A stretch of 63,769 nucleotides of DNA from Vitrella brassicaformis CCMP3155 (taxonomy: Eukaryota > Protista > Chromerida). Location: NCBI GenBank assembly GCA_001179505.1, contig CDMY01000104.1, positions 127,230 through 190,998 on the forward strand, in the 5' to 3' direction. Each line of letters opens with the position of its first letter. Within the stretch, counting starts at the first letter, position 1. The notes below the pieces were generated by a model. The model did no database searches. It was given only the letters and a program-made list of their open reading frames with translations, and was not told the DNA's origin. Both the position numbers and the translations under genes were made by a program. Of this stretch, positions 22,804-34,869 are shown piece after piece.

Positions 22804-25800
22804 TTAGGTGTCTCCTTTCCCGAACATCATGTGCGCGAAATACTCGTCCTGCCATCCAGCCAGCCAGCCATCAACAGAAACAGCACACAGGTCATACACC
22901 TTGTCGCGTCACACAATACAGAGCTCACTTACCCTCTGATCATCATCCCTTATGCCCCGCAACTTCGCCGGACCCTTGTTCCCATCTTCATTTCCTTGTT
23001 GCTGATGGGCCTTCTCGGCCTCTCCCTCTGTGTCTGTGGGCACGACCAGAACAACAGACTGATGACGGTTGGTGCCAGCCGTGGCCATGGCCGTCGTGGA
23101 CGCATTCGACGACTGCAGAAAGGCTGGGAGGGCGTCGGTGTCTGGATCGATGACCCCTTCTGGCTGCTGCATGTACGTTGGAGGGGGAGACGGTGACGTC
23201 AGCTTGAGGGACTTGTGTCTCTTTCTCGCGGCGTTGTTCTGGTGCTGGTTGTGCTTGGCAGCGTTTGGGTAGTGCGTCCGGACGGTGTCGTGCCAGTCAG
23301 CCCCCTCAGTGAGGTCCATTGCCGCCTGAAGCACCGGCTGCGTCATGAGGGACACCTGCAGCTCTTCGACGGTCATCTGTGTTTTGATGCTGAGGGGGCC
23401 GTCGGTGTCTGATTCGTCGTCGGACGTGTCGTCGTTGTCGAGGCCGCCGGCGCCTTTCTCGCCTTTGCTGCCGTGCATTGCCTGAACGCACACGAGAAGG
23501 TACTTGTCCATCTGTGTGTCGGTGTGGTCACTCCTCGACTGCGTCACTCACGCGCATGACGATGGAGGAGATAAATCTCTCCCTGAGAGTGTGTCCCTTG
23601 GCCGCCTGCTGCTTCCGCTTGGCATAACGACGACGGCGCCACTCTTTCTCACACACATCACGGATTGAGTGAGACAGACAGACAGACAGGCAGGCGGGCA
23701 CACGCAGAGATGGAGTGGACTGTCGCTGTGGGTGTGTGATTACATACTGCAAATGTTGAGGCACTGTGCGTTGAAGTGGGTGCGTCGAGGCTCCTTCAGG
23801 TACCTACACACATCCATTCACCTACGGCGTGTCAGCATTTGCCACATACGTGTGTCACCTGTCGAGAGTGTCGCAAAGGGCGATGTGTAGAAACCACTTC
23901 TCCTTGTCACTCAGCTTGCTGATGTCCAACGTGCCAGGAGCAAGCTGACCTGGATTGTACGGAAAGACAGACACAGACAGAGATAGAGACATATGTGCAT
24001 CGTGTCGTGTGTCGCAGGGTCATACGCTCACTGACCGCCTCTGAGATCGTCCCTGAGTTCCATGCCGTGCGCGAGGTACTTCTGCAGGACTGTGACGTTC
24101 TTGAGTATGAACGTCGAGGGCAGGCCCCACAACACGCCAAATATCACGTTCAAGTGAATGCCAAACACAACTAAATCACAGACAGACAGACAGACAGAGT
24201 GGGAGAGAGCAAAAGAGGGAGGGATGTCCTTCCTCACCATAGGCGGCAAGGTCCCTCAGGAAGTCTGCGTTGGTCGATTCCTGGAAGAGGTACAGGATGA
24301 TGGTGCCCAGCAGTGCCCACAGGTTTTTGGTTTCAGTCGAGTCCAGGATCAGATACGACCTGCACGTTAATTCACAAGTGTCTGTCTGTGTCTTACTGCT
24401 CTCTGCCTGTGTATGTGTGTGTGTGTGATAGAGCTTGCCTGTTGTCGAATGGTTGGCATGCGACGTGCAGGGTGAGAAAGATGGCCCCGAACAGAAGCAG
24501 CACCGCACGACGGTTGGCATCAGACATGCCCTACAGACACACACACACACACACGCGTGTGGGGAGATCGATGTATGCCTGATTCGATTCAATGTGTCTG
24601 TCCGTGCGGTTGTCTGACCGGCAGGACTGTGATGGCGATGACGAGGACCTTCCTGACCATGTAGATGCCCCTTGCACAGAAACACCCACACAGCACAGCC
24701 TCCCTTACACACGCGAATCAAACATCCATCCGTGTTGTGCACTCGAAAGAGTAATAGCCCGTCTCCAAGCCGTTGTAGAGAAAGCCGATTCGCTCCTTCA
24801 CTGACGGCTGCTCCAAATCATCCTTGCTCCTGCACACACAACACAACACGCACAACACGCGCACACAAATGGAGACAGACACAAGAGTGAATGCATTTCT
24901 CTCTCTCTCTCTGTCTGCGGGCGGGCGTGTGATTGCCTGCCTGTAAAGTTTGATGAAACAGAGGGCTGGTATGCCAAAAGACACACACACGATGCCGGCG
25001 ATGGCCGCCATCTGCCATGTGTGGTGCTCGTCCTCGAAACACACTGTATATGTGGAGACACTGCATGCTTTGATGTGCGTAGGGGGAGGGCCAGGTTGGC
25101 TCACCGATGTCCAGGTTAGATCTGAGTCTGTACTTGTCGTATTTGACGCAGTCGAGCACATCGAAGAACATCGACGTGATGATCGGATGCAGCAGAAACA
25201 CCAATATCACGCCACCTACACACACGGGGGGCACACAAATGGTCCCTGCATGAGCGCGTGTGTGTGTGCACACATACCAGCTTCGATGTACTTCCCCACC
25301 CAGTTGCCCTCGCCTCCTCCCTCCAGCATCATGGTGCTCATGCTTCCCCTGCTCATTGCCGATGGGAGCTTGCCATCAGTCTTGATTGCCACAACACACA
25401 TTGGATGAGTTGGTGGATGCACAGACATGCCAACCTGCAGGGTCTCGTTGGTTTCCGCCTGTCGTGCATCGGCGAGTGTCGACGGCCGCAGGCTGGTGGT
25501 GGGCGTCGGCAAGTCCTGCTGGTCGTCGATTGGGGGAGGGGGCTTCGGCTACACCCAACACACACAGCAACACCATGCAACACACGCATCGTTCTTCGTG
25601 GGTGTGTCCATCCGACCGTTCGTGTGCCGACGTATGTGATGGCGACGATGATGGATAGAGCGAGGTGGGCCATGGGTGCGAGGGTAAAGGCCACTACCAC
25701 CTTGATATAGGCAGGATCCAACGACGAGTGACGCTCCATGAAACACGTGGTCTGTGCACATGCTGCATATACAGTACACACAGGGAGAGAGACAAACCTT

Positions 25801-28800
25801 TGTGCGATGTGCTTGAGAGTCATTTGTGTACAGGAAGGACGGTGGTTGTGGGATCGTTGGAGCCCCTTGAGACGGTGGTGAGGAGCGCCTTGATGAAGGG
25901 GGGCAGGGCGAACTTGCAGAGGGAGAAGGCCACCCCCGCCAGCTGAATGTAATTTATAAGTATCTGGCCGTGCGCAGACACACGCAGACACAGGAGGGTT
26001 CGTGTCTCCCCTCTTTCTGTTTTGGTTGTGGGTGTGGCGGACCTTCATGAGTGCCGCGTGGATGCTCTTGGTCTGTGCCCCCGCCTTGATGCTCTGACGC
26101 ACCAGTATGCCAACCAGCACCGTCACCAACAGACACTGCACACAAGCCAGTCACATATACACATCCGCTAATGGACGCATTCGTATGCTGTTGAATACCG
26201 CAAAGATGATTTTGGAGAGCGAGTCTGCCTCATTTGGGCATGGCCGGCAGGGAGTCTCTGCACTGCTCTTGAACCAACCGTCATGACACTGGATGGACAC
26301 ACACAGATGCAGACAGTCAGTTACAAACGTGATGAGGCCACTGACCTGGTTGCACAGGACGCCTTTGTGTCCCTCTGCACAGATGGTTCCATTAATGACA
26401 GGGTCGTAACCCACACACGCCTGCCAGCCACAGCATCCATCAAGCCACCCATCCGTGTCTATGCAATGAGACGCGTGTATTGCAGTACGATATCTCGCAG
26501 GGGACAAGGGAAAAACAGGTCGACAGAAGTGGTGTTGAGTTTGTAGAAACCCTTGGCCGCCACACGGTACGTCCGCAGCGTCGTGTTGGTGTCGGTGTTG
26601 TTGTTTGTGTTGTTGCCGCCCGCACCCGCAGTCACAGTTACAGTCACATCAATGGCCGGGCAGTCGAAACCCAGATGGCTGCTGCCGCTGCTGTCGTCGT
26701 CCTCATTGTTGCACGGCTGCCAGGTACAAACACATTCATGTGCGAAAGCCATACACACACATACCCTGCAGGCGCGCTGTTTCGGCAGTGGGTTGAAGAA
26801 GCCTGCAGTGCATCATTGACACAGGAATGGGGCATAAGAAAGAGACACACGTGAGCGTGATATACCAGGTGAGCAAGGTATGCATTTCGTGGACTCGGGC
26901 TCAGGCGCCTGGGTGCCTGTAAGCAAGAAAACAGGCAGCCACGTCAACCAACGGGCCGACAGATACCAATCCGCTTAGCCTTGTGCATACCAGGGGGGCA
27001 GGGCGAGCACTCAGTGGCGCCGGGTGGGGAAATGAACCCAGGTGGGCACCGGTCGCTGCACATACACACACATGCACGGGCGACCAGCCCTCCACCCACC
27101 AATCCTTGCTGACCACTCCGAGACGTTGAAGGAAGGGTTGAATCGACCAGCCGCTGCCATCCATCCATTCACACAGAGACACAGCTAGTTGCTGTGTCTG
27201 TCTTTACTTGCTACTTGTGTGGTGACTGACCGCAGGGTTCGCAAACGGCGGCGCCCTTGCCCGAGTAGGTGCCCGGCCCGCACCGCAGACACTCTGTCGC
27301 CCCCATGACGCTATACTCGCCCGCCACACACACCTTGCTGCACAAGGGGATGGGAACGTATCGGCATGGTGGGGGGNNNNNNNNNNNNNNNNNNNNNNNN
27401 NNNNNNNNNNNNNNNNNNNNNNNNNNNNNNNNNNNNNNNNNNNNNNNNNNNNNNNNNNNNNNNNNNNNNNNNNNNNNNNNNNNNNNNNNNNNNNNNNNNN
27501 NNNNNNNNNNNNNNNNNNNNNNNNNNNNNNNNNNNNNNNNNNNNNNNNNNNNNNNNNNNNNNNNNNNNNNNNNNNNNNNNNNNNNNNNNNNNNNNNNNNN
27601 NNNNNNNNNNNNNNNNNNNNNNNNNNNNNNNNNNNNNNNNNNNNNNNNNNNNNNNNNNNNNNNNNNNNNNNNNNNNTACACGACCCACCATTCTGACACT
27701 TCCTGCTGGTCATTGTACGTGCCGTTTCCTGCATATGGCAACAGATTAAGAAAGAGGGCGAGCTGACGGATGGGGATGTCTCCTGGCTCGCTCACGGCAT
27801 GGCGCGCAGAAGCGATTTGTGTCAGCAGGGTTCCCCGACGGCGCGTACCCCACGCCGCACGGCACACACGACAGCCGATCTTCGCTCGGCACCCTGGTGG
27901 CCGCGCACTTGACGACGCACGCTAGCTCATTCGGATCGAAGTCGAATCCGTCGTCACACAACGGGACGGTGGCCTCGACCCGTGGCATGTTGTTGGTGAC
28001 CCACTCGCAGGCGGCCTGGAATGTGGTGAGGCCCTCTGCGCCGCCAGCTGCGGCGGTCTTGGCCATGGTGGGCATCAGATCTTCATCCACATTGAGGGTC
28101 AGATCCTATGCGAGCGCATTCCCACAGACAGGCACATGCAGAGGGAGCGAGAGACATGGACAATGTCATGTGGGGGGGGGGGGGGGAGGATATACACGAC
28201 CCACCATTCTGACACTTCCTGCTGGTCATTGTACGTGCCGTTTCCTGCATATGGCAACAGATTAAGAAAGAGGGCGAGCTGACGGATGGGGATGTCTCCT
28301 GGCTCGCTCACGGCATGGCGCGCAGAAGCGATTTGTGTCAGCAGGGTTCCCCGACGGCGCGTACCCCACGCCGCACGGCACACACGACAGCCGATCTTCG
28401 CTCGGCACCCTGGTGGCCGCGCACTTGACGACGCACGCTAGCTCATTCGGATCGAAGTCGAATCCGTCGTCACACAACGGGACGGTGGCCTCGACCCGTG
28501 GCATGTTGTTGGTGACCCACTCGCAGGCGGCCTGGAATGTGGTGAGGCCCTCTGCGCCGCCAGCTGCGGCGGTCTTGGCCATGGTGGGCATCAGATCTTC
28601 ATCCACATTGAGGGTCAGATCCTATGCGAGCGCATTCCCACAGACAGGCACATGCAGAGGGAGCGAGAGACATGGACAATGTCATGTGCACGTTGGCGGC
28701 GTATATGCATTTGTTGGGGGGGGGGGNNNNNNNNNNNNNNNNNNNNNNNNNNNNNNNNNNNNNNNNNNNNNNNNNNNNNNNNNNNNNNNNNNNNNNNNNN

Positions 28801-30917
28801 NNNNNNNNNNNNNNNNNNNNNNNNNNNNNNNNNNNNNNNNNNNNNNNNNNNNNNNNNNNNNNNNNNNNNNNNNNNNNNNNNNNNNNNNNNNNNNNNNNNN
28901 NNNNNNNNNNNNNNNNNNNNNNNNNNNNNNNNNNNNNNNNNNNNNNNNNNNNNNNNNNNNNNNNNNNNNNNNNNNNNNNNNNNNNNNNNNNNNNNNNNNN
29001 NNNNNNNNNNNNNNNNNNNNNNNNNNGGGGGGGGGGGGGAGGTACTTGTAGCGTCTTGAAAGCGGCCGGTGCGTCTTGTTTGAGGTTTGCCGAGACGAGT
29101 TTGTGAAGCGTCGTGATGCCGAAGTCACAGGCCACGTAACCTGATGGAGAGCGGATGAGCTCCAAATCCTCCGGAGAGCGCGCCTCGTCACACCCAAGGG
29201 TAATCCTGACAAAACGACACGCACAGAGAGAGCATATCGTTATTTGAAGGCAAGCCAAACCTCTGTACCATGCACTCGAGTGCATGGACGTACCCGGGGA
29301 AAGCCACCCGGAGAGCGTCTAGCTGCAGCAGGATTGGGTCCGGCGTGTAGTAGTAGAAGAGGATGGGATAGTCCCGCTGCACACTCAGCAGCACGCGGCT
29401 GTAGGGCGTGAGCGTGGGGCTCACCGCCGTGTCGCCCACATACTGAATCTGCACACAGACAGACAGAAAATTCACACATAACACCTACACCTCTCTCTCT
29501 CTCTCTCTCTCTGTGTATGTGTGTGGGTGTGTGTGGGTGTGTGGGTGTGGGGGGATACCTCATAGTTCAGCTCGTTGTTTTTGATGAGCTGTTCGATCCG
29601 TCCCTTATCGTAGCCAGGGGTCACGTGATCATCTCTCTGCACGTCACATTGCCGCCCTTGCAGGAAGGCGGGATGTACCTGCACTGACACAACCAACATA
29701 CACAAAGAGGAGATGCTGATCGTCGATCGATCGATCGATCACCCACACCCACCTGCCGTTTTCGCACCAGTCCACCCCAGTCCGGTCGCACATGTCGTTG
29801 CCATCGGGAAAGAGGTCCTGACACGCACACACGCGCCACACACACATACATGGCCGATGGATGGCTGCAGACACACACATCTGTTTTGACGGTTCCTGTG
29901 GGCGGGAACTGTTCAAAGATGAACTCGTTCTTGTGCGACCTCCACCAGTCGGGCGACTGCAGCTCGTGACTGTCAAGGAAAGACGTCGGGCCAAGATGGA
30001 TACCTGCACCGACCAACAAGGCAGGCAGGCATCCACACAATACATGGTGCTTTGGTACATCTGACAGTGTTGGTTGTTGTGTGTGTCTCACCTCACCTGA
30101 TCTACCGTCGTATCCGGTGCTGCCTACGTCGATGACCTTTTTGTCGGTGAGCACGTAGTCTCGATACAGAGAAGACGCCTCGTTGATCTGCCAGTTCTCT
30201 GGGTGCACCACAGACAAACAGGGGAGGGAGAGACAGAAGGTGTGTGCGTGTGAGCACTCATCAATCGTCTGCTTGTCTCTTACCTACATCGACTTCATAC
30301 ACTACAGCAGGGTGCTCCTCTACCCAGAGACAAACACAGACGCATCCAGGCCTGTTTATTTGCTCTCGCTCTCGCTCTCGCCCTCTCTCTCTCTCCCCCC
30401 GTCCCTTTATGTGGCTCTGTGCGTGTGTGTAGGGTGTGTGTCTACTTGCGAGGTGTTGCAGCACCAGCTCACTGTTGCCATTCGCCACCAGACGCACTGG
30501 CTGGCCCAACACCTCATCCTGACAATCCATCCATCCATCCACCATGCAGCCCTTCCTGCAGGTGCGTGTGCCCACAAGTGCACTCACTGACCAGCAGTAT
30601 ATAGTAGACGTACATCATGATCTCATAGCTCAGCCAGCTCCTCTTGGCTATCCTCACCACGTAGTCTGCACACATACAAACACACAAGAAAAGACGCAAA
30701 CCACACACACACGCACACACGCGGGCTAGGGAAACCAAACACTCATTCCAATGCACTGCAATCATTCCCCCCATCTCATTGCCTGCTTATGCGTGGCATA
30801 GGGGCTCTTCCTCACCGCCACCGACGCATTCAGGCACTTGGGTAGAGGCTCCTCTTGACACGCAACATCATGTACACAGACCCACAAAAGCAACACGAGC
30901 AGGAGGCGGGGACTCAT
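22804..30917 (-). CDS. Large multi-pass membrane receptor-like protein: signal peptide, periplasmic-binding-protein type 2 (ProX/OpuAC-like) ectodomain, CxxC Cys-rich repeats, multi-TM region, cytosolic tail; more than 25 exons, spans two gaps
   Basis: MSPRLLLVLLLWVCVHDVACQE (signal). RSWLSYEIMMYVYYILL-DEVLGQPVRLV...LQHLAS...LWVEE (ProX-like). CPPG...CSPCPPG, CLRCGPGTYS and CAEGHKGVLCNQC (GCC2/GCC3-like). TM exons VLLVTVLVGILVRQS, VVAFTLAPMAHLALSIIVAITY, VILVFLLHPII, IAGIVCVSFGIPALCF, IGFLYNGLETGYY and LWALLGTIILYLF. Ends DEYFAHMMFGKGDT*. Confidence 0.65.
27377..27676. other. Assembly gap (300 N)
   Basis: N run preceded by poly-G. Confidence 1.
27677..28686. repeat. Tandem duplication of about 0.5 kb (period 516 bp) flanked by N gaps and poly-G; probable assembly artefact
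   Basis: ORFs 27746-28090 and 28262-28606 give identical 114-aa translations and the DNA looks identical by eye. The unit sits between the gaps at 27377-27676 and 28727-29026. Confidence 0.85.
28727..29026. other. Assembly gap (300 N)
   Basis: N run flanked by poly-G on both sides. Confidence 1.
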
Positions 30918-30993
30918 GAGACGATCAAAGGACGGCGAAAACAGGCCAGCCACCATTGCAAACATGAGATGTCCTTCCAAGAGATCATCCCCC

Positions 30994-31008
30994 GCGAGCT
31001 TAGCTCGC
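30994..31008. promoter_or_regulatory. Candidate promoter palindrome, perfect
   Basis: GCGAGCTTAGCTCGC, 77 bp upstream of ATG 30917(-) and immediately left of the LINE. Confidence 0.65.
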
Positions 31009-31012
31009 AAAC

Positions 31013-32654
31013 TCTTTACACCAACCGTCGTTGCATCGACGGCGCCTTCGTCAGTTACCCCCTCTTGATCTTCAGACTCGTTTTCAACTGTATGATGCTA
31101 CTGTTGCGCCCGTATACTTGTATGGCAGTGAGCTATGGGCGGGCAATAAGTGTGACGCGTTGGAGCGTCTCCATCGTAACTATCTGCTTTCTTGCATGCG
31201 CGTGACACGCCGCGTCTCTACTGATGCACTACTAACTGAGCTGTGCCGCTTTTCGGTTCTGTTTGAGGCCCGCTGGCGTCAGCTGTCTTTCTATATTCGC
31301 GTACGTAATCGTCGAGCGGGTGTCTTGGCTGAGAAGGCATTCTTTGTCGCACAGAATGCGTATCGGTGCGCTACTGGCTTCTCTCGTATGCAACGTGACA
31401 GTGCCTATATGCATTTCCACAGAGACAATGGCTTTTCCTTGTTCGCGCCCGAGAGATCTGGCGCTAAACCACGGCCGCGTGTTTCTCAGCTTGGTCCTCT
31501 GACCGAGCCTGAGGTGAAAACACTTCGCTGTGCCCTCACAAAGTCTGAATTCGCTCGAATCTTGGAAAAACGTTGGGCTCATGCTCGCGTCCCTAGCTTG
31601 CCTGCTACTCCCTCTCTCCCCCCGCCTATCTCTCTAACGGCTCAGGCAGTGTCTTTGCTTCCATGGCGTTCTTATGCATCTGGTCAGACAAGGGTGTCTG
31701 GCAGAGCACTTTTTCAAGCACGTAAGCTCCTCTTTGTCCCTGGTTGTCGCCTTTTCAATCATTCCTTTCCCGTGTCATTCCCACGCTTGCATCGTTCCTT
31801 TGCTCCTCCTCTGCGTGAGTGCCGGTGTGACCTTGACTCGCTCGTGTGCATGGCATCATACGTGCCAGCGCAGTCATATATGGAAGTGCTTCAGCATGGA
31901 CAAGATTGGCTGCATCGGCTTATCCAGCCGCTGCCAGCCTTTCTGCCATACTTAGCACTCCCTGCACACCAGCGGCGTGTGCTTTTTCTCTTCCGTACCG
32001 GTTGTCATCCGTCTGCTCTCATGGATGGCCGATTGATCGACTGTCCGCGAGAATATAGATCATGTGCTTACTGCTCGCATCGTAATGATCTGTTGGTTTC
32101 GGTCCGTGATGTCGGTGGTCATAGTGTGCCTCGTCCTCCAGTAGAGGATGAGACACACATACTTGTCTCGTGTCCTCTGTATTCTACATTGCGTCACGCA
32201 CTTTTCTCCACCATTCATAAGTATGGTATTACCGCCCCTGATGCTTGTAACTACAAGCGATGGAGCAAGGCGCACCCTATAGTTTTCACTACCTCTCTGC
32301 TGCAGTCAGATAAGCTACCGCTCCTTTCAGCAGTTGCAGACTTCCTCCTAGCTGCACACAAGGAGCGGGCTCGCTGGCTTGCACTCAATCCATCTCTCCC
32401 ACCCAGTCAGTTTGATGGTGAGTATGACTTCATATATGAGTTGCATGAGATGGAGCAGTGGGTGCTTGACGCTGACTTGTCAGACTAGCACCCACTGCTC
32501 CATGGGAAGGGCAGATAGGCCTTGTGCATGCATTCTGCATGTGCCTGTTGCCTGTTTGGTGTGTGCTGTGGACAGAGAAGATGCCTGGTTGCGCCGGAAG
32601 GTAGCGCCGGGCTTAGGGACAGGTGTCTCGTCAAACCCTTAACCAACCAACCAA
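31013..32654 (+). mobile_element. 5'-truncated non-LTR retrotransposon (LINE): end of RT/thumb region, C-terminal CCHC zinc finger, 3' UTR and (AACC)n tail
   Basis: Intronless, microsatellite-free 485-aa ORF 31031-32488 with lower GC than the host exons. LYDATVAPVYLYGSELW...LERLHRNYL...ALLTEL is typical post-RT LINE sequence. CAYC...VEDETHILVSCPLYSTLR is a CCHC finger. Ends ccttaaccaaccaaccaa at 32637-32654. Confidence 0.85.
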
Positions 32655-32891
32655 AGCGAGAGGTTCCCGCGCAGCTCAAGATCTATAGCTTCAGCGCCGC
32701 TCGGCCGGGCACTTCGTCGAATCCCCGTCCGGGCTCGTGCAGCAGGTGCGACACCGATTGGATTGCATGAGTGCAATTGCATGAGTGTGTTGCCTGCTCT
32801 CACGCTTGCCTAATGGCACGCTTGTCATCCGTGTGCTTTTCACCTCAGTTACCCTTTCTAAGCGTCTGTTCTTGGGTTCGCCTGCACCAAG

Positions 32892-34869
32892 ATGGACAGC
32901 GCTGCCTCGAGCGCTGCTGTACCGTCACAGCCGCCTCAGGTACCATGGGGCACGAACTGTCAGGCACGGATGCGACCATTCGTCATCAAAGAGACATGCA
33001 TGCATGCTATGTGTCTGGTGTGTTTGTGTTGTGCTGCAGGGAGGAGGTGATGCGCCCACTGCCGATGGCTCGTGTGCTCCTGCATCTGCATCTACTGGTG
33101 GGGGCGGTGGTAGTGCTGCTGCTGCTGCAGCTGCTGCTGCCTCCGAGCGGCAGGTGCAGCTGGACGGCATTGACATTTGGTTCCCGCCCAACACTGCCGA
33201 GGCCTCCAAGGAGCTCACCGTCCGACTAATGCGCCGCACCATCGGCCGCAAGGGCATCCGTCGACTCAGCGCAAAAGGCGCCGATCCCAATTTGGTCATC
33301 CGCCTGCTGCCCAAGGGCGTGGCTGCGTCGCGGGTGGTGCGCATCAGCAAGGTGAGCCTCCTGGCCCTCGCCATCGACGACCCGCACGGAGCGGGGCCGT
33401 ACATGTGGATCGTCGACCCGAGACGGTTCGCCGGATCGCATCCGCGTGAGGAGAGGCTGATGATGCTGCCGACGTGGGCCACACGACGGATGCAGACGGA
33501 GGTGTTGGAGGCGCTCATCGTTGCCGGCGCCAACCCATCGGCGTACCGGTGTGGGCGCATCGGCAGCAGCAACCGCGTGCGATACACCCCGATGAAGGTG
33601 GCCATGTGGTCGGCCAACATGGAGGCCCTCGAGGTGCTGCTGACGCACAACGTGCAGGTGGCGGGCGAGCGACTGGCCTTCCTGCCCCGCATTGCCAGTG
33701 GCGTCCCCAAGCGGCACGACTGCAACTACCTCATCCACGTGTTCCGTGTGTATTGCCGGCTGCTGCACTCTCACCCGGAGCTGGCCAATGAGACGGACGG
33801 TGGGCAGCAAAACCCCGCCCATCGACTGGCCAGTGCCATTCCCGACTACGGCTGCAACTTTGCCCCCCACATGCTCAACCTGCTCGAGTTCCACGGCGTG
33901 GACCTCGCCGCTGCCGATGCCGAGGGCAACACGCCCCTCCATCTGGCAGCCATCACGGGCGCCATCTTCACGGTGATGCAGCTCTGCCAGCAGCTCCCGG
34001 CCGCCGACGTCGACAAGCCCTCGGCAGTGACCCACCTGACACCCATGGCGAGCGCTGCTCAGTCACTGGCTGAGGAGATAGAGCGCCACACGGCTCTCAG
34101 CGAGGAGGAGAGGAAGACGCAGACCCGACTGGCCGACCTCATGTCGCTGCACAGCCAAGTCATCCGCCGGCTGCTGTTCTGCGGCGCATCCATCGACAAC
34201 ATGCCCAACACCACGGAGGAGGACCAGAGGCGCCGTGCTGTGGTCAAGGGCCTGTACACACGCACCCTCAACGTCCTGCCGTATCGGGTCATGGACTGCG
34301 TCAACGAGGCCCTCGCTCCCCAGCGTGACGCCGCCACCCTCATGGCTCGCATCCTGCCCCTGGTGGAGCACAACGACGAGAACCCCTCCCTCCCCAATCC
34401 GCCCTCCCCCTCCCCCCTCTCATTCGGCCCACAGGAGTCCTCAGCCATCGCATGGCACATCGGGGCCTTCCTGCACGAACCCGAGGCCATCAATGCCGTT
34501 TTCGTCATGAAGGACGACACGCCGAACGGCCGCCGTCTGCTCGACGACATGCACAAGTTCGTCAACTTGGCCGCCACACGGACGAGCGGCAATCGAGAGG
34601 TGGTGGGCGGCGTGATCGAGGGCGAGGACGGGCAGCAGGTGCGCATCCCCCACCTGCAGTGCTTCGTGCTGGGCGACGTGGACGGCCGTCGGGTGGGCCT
34701 ACGAGAGGTGGTCCACAAGCTGCGGCTGGACGAGGTGCGCAGATTTGGCCTGAGTGGTGTGGTGAAGGGCTTCAACAACGAGGCGGGCGACGAGGGGTGT
34801 GTGTTCGACGGGGGGCAGCTGGGGTTCGTCGACAAGGAGGGCGCCTATCAGTCGCTGGGGATGCAGTAG
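32892..34869 (+). CDS. Ankyrin-repeat-containing protein (chromerid-type expanded family); 2 exons
   Basis: Exon 1 MDSAASSAAVPSQPPQ (32892-32939), GT-AG intron, then a long exon. Ankyrin-like segments LIVAGANPS, TPMKVAMWSANMEALEVLLTH and DAEGNTPLHLAAITG. C-terminus LREVVHKLRLDEVRRFGLSGVVKGFN. Confidence 0.85.

Noticed and set aside
32665-32682. cccgcgcagctcaag after the LINE tail, resembling cccgcgagcttag before it (possible long TSD)
   Set aside because: It needs indels and mismatches to align and the LINE ORF is otherwise intact, so it is too degenerate for a TSD.
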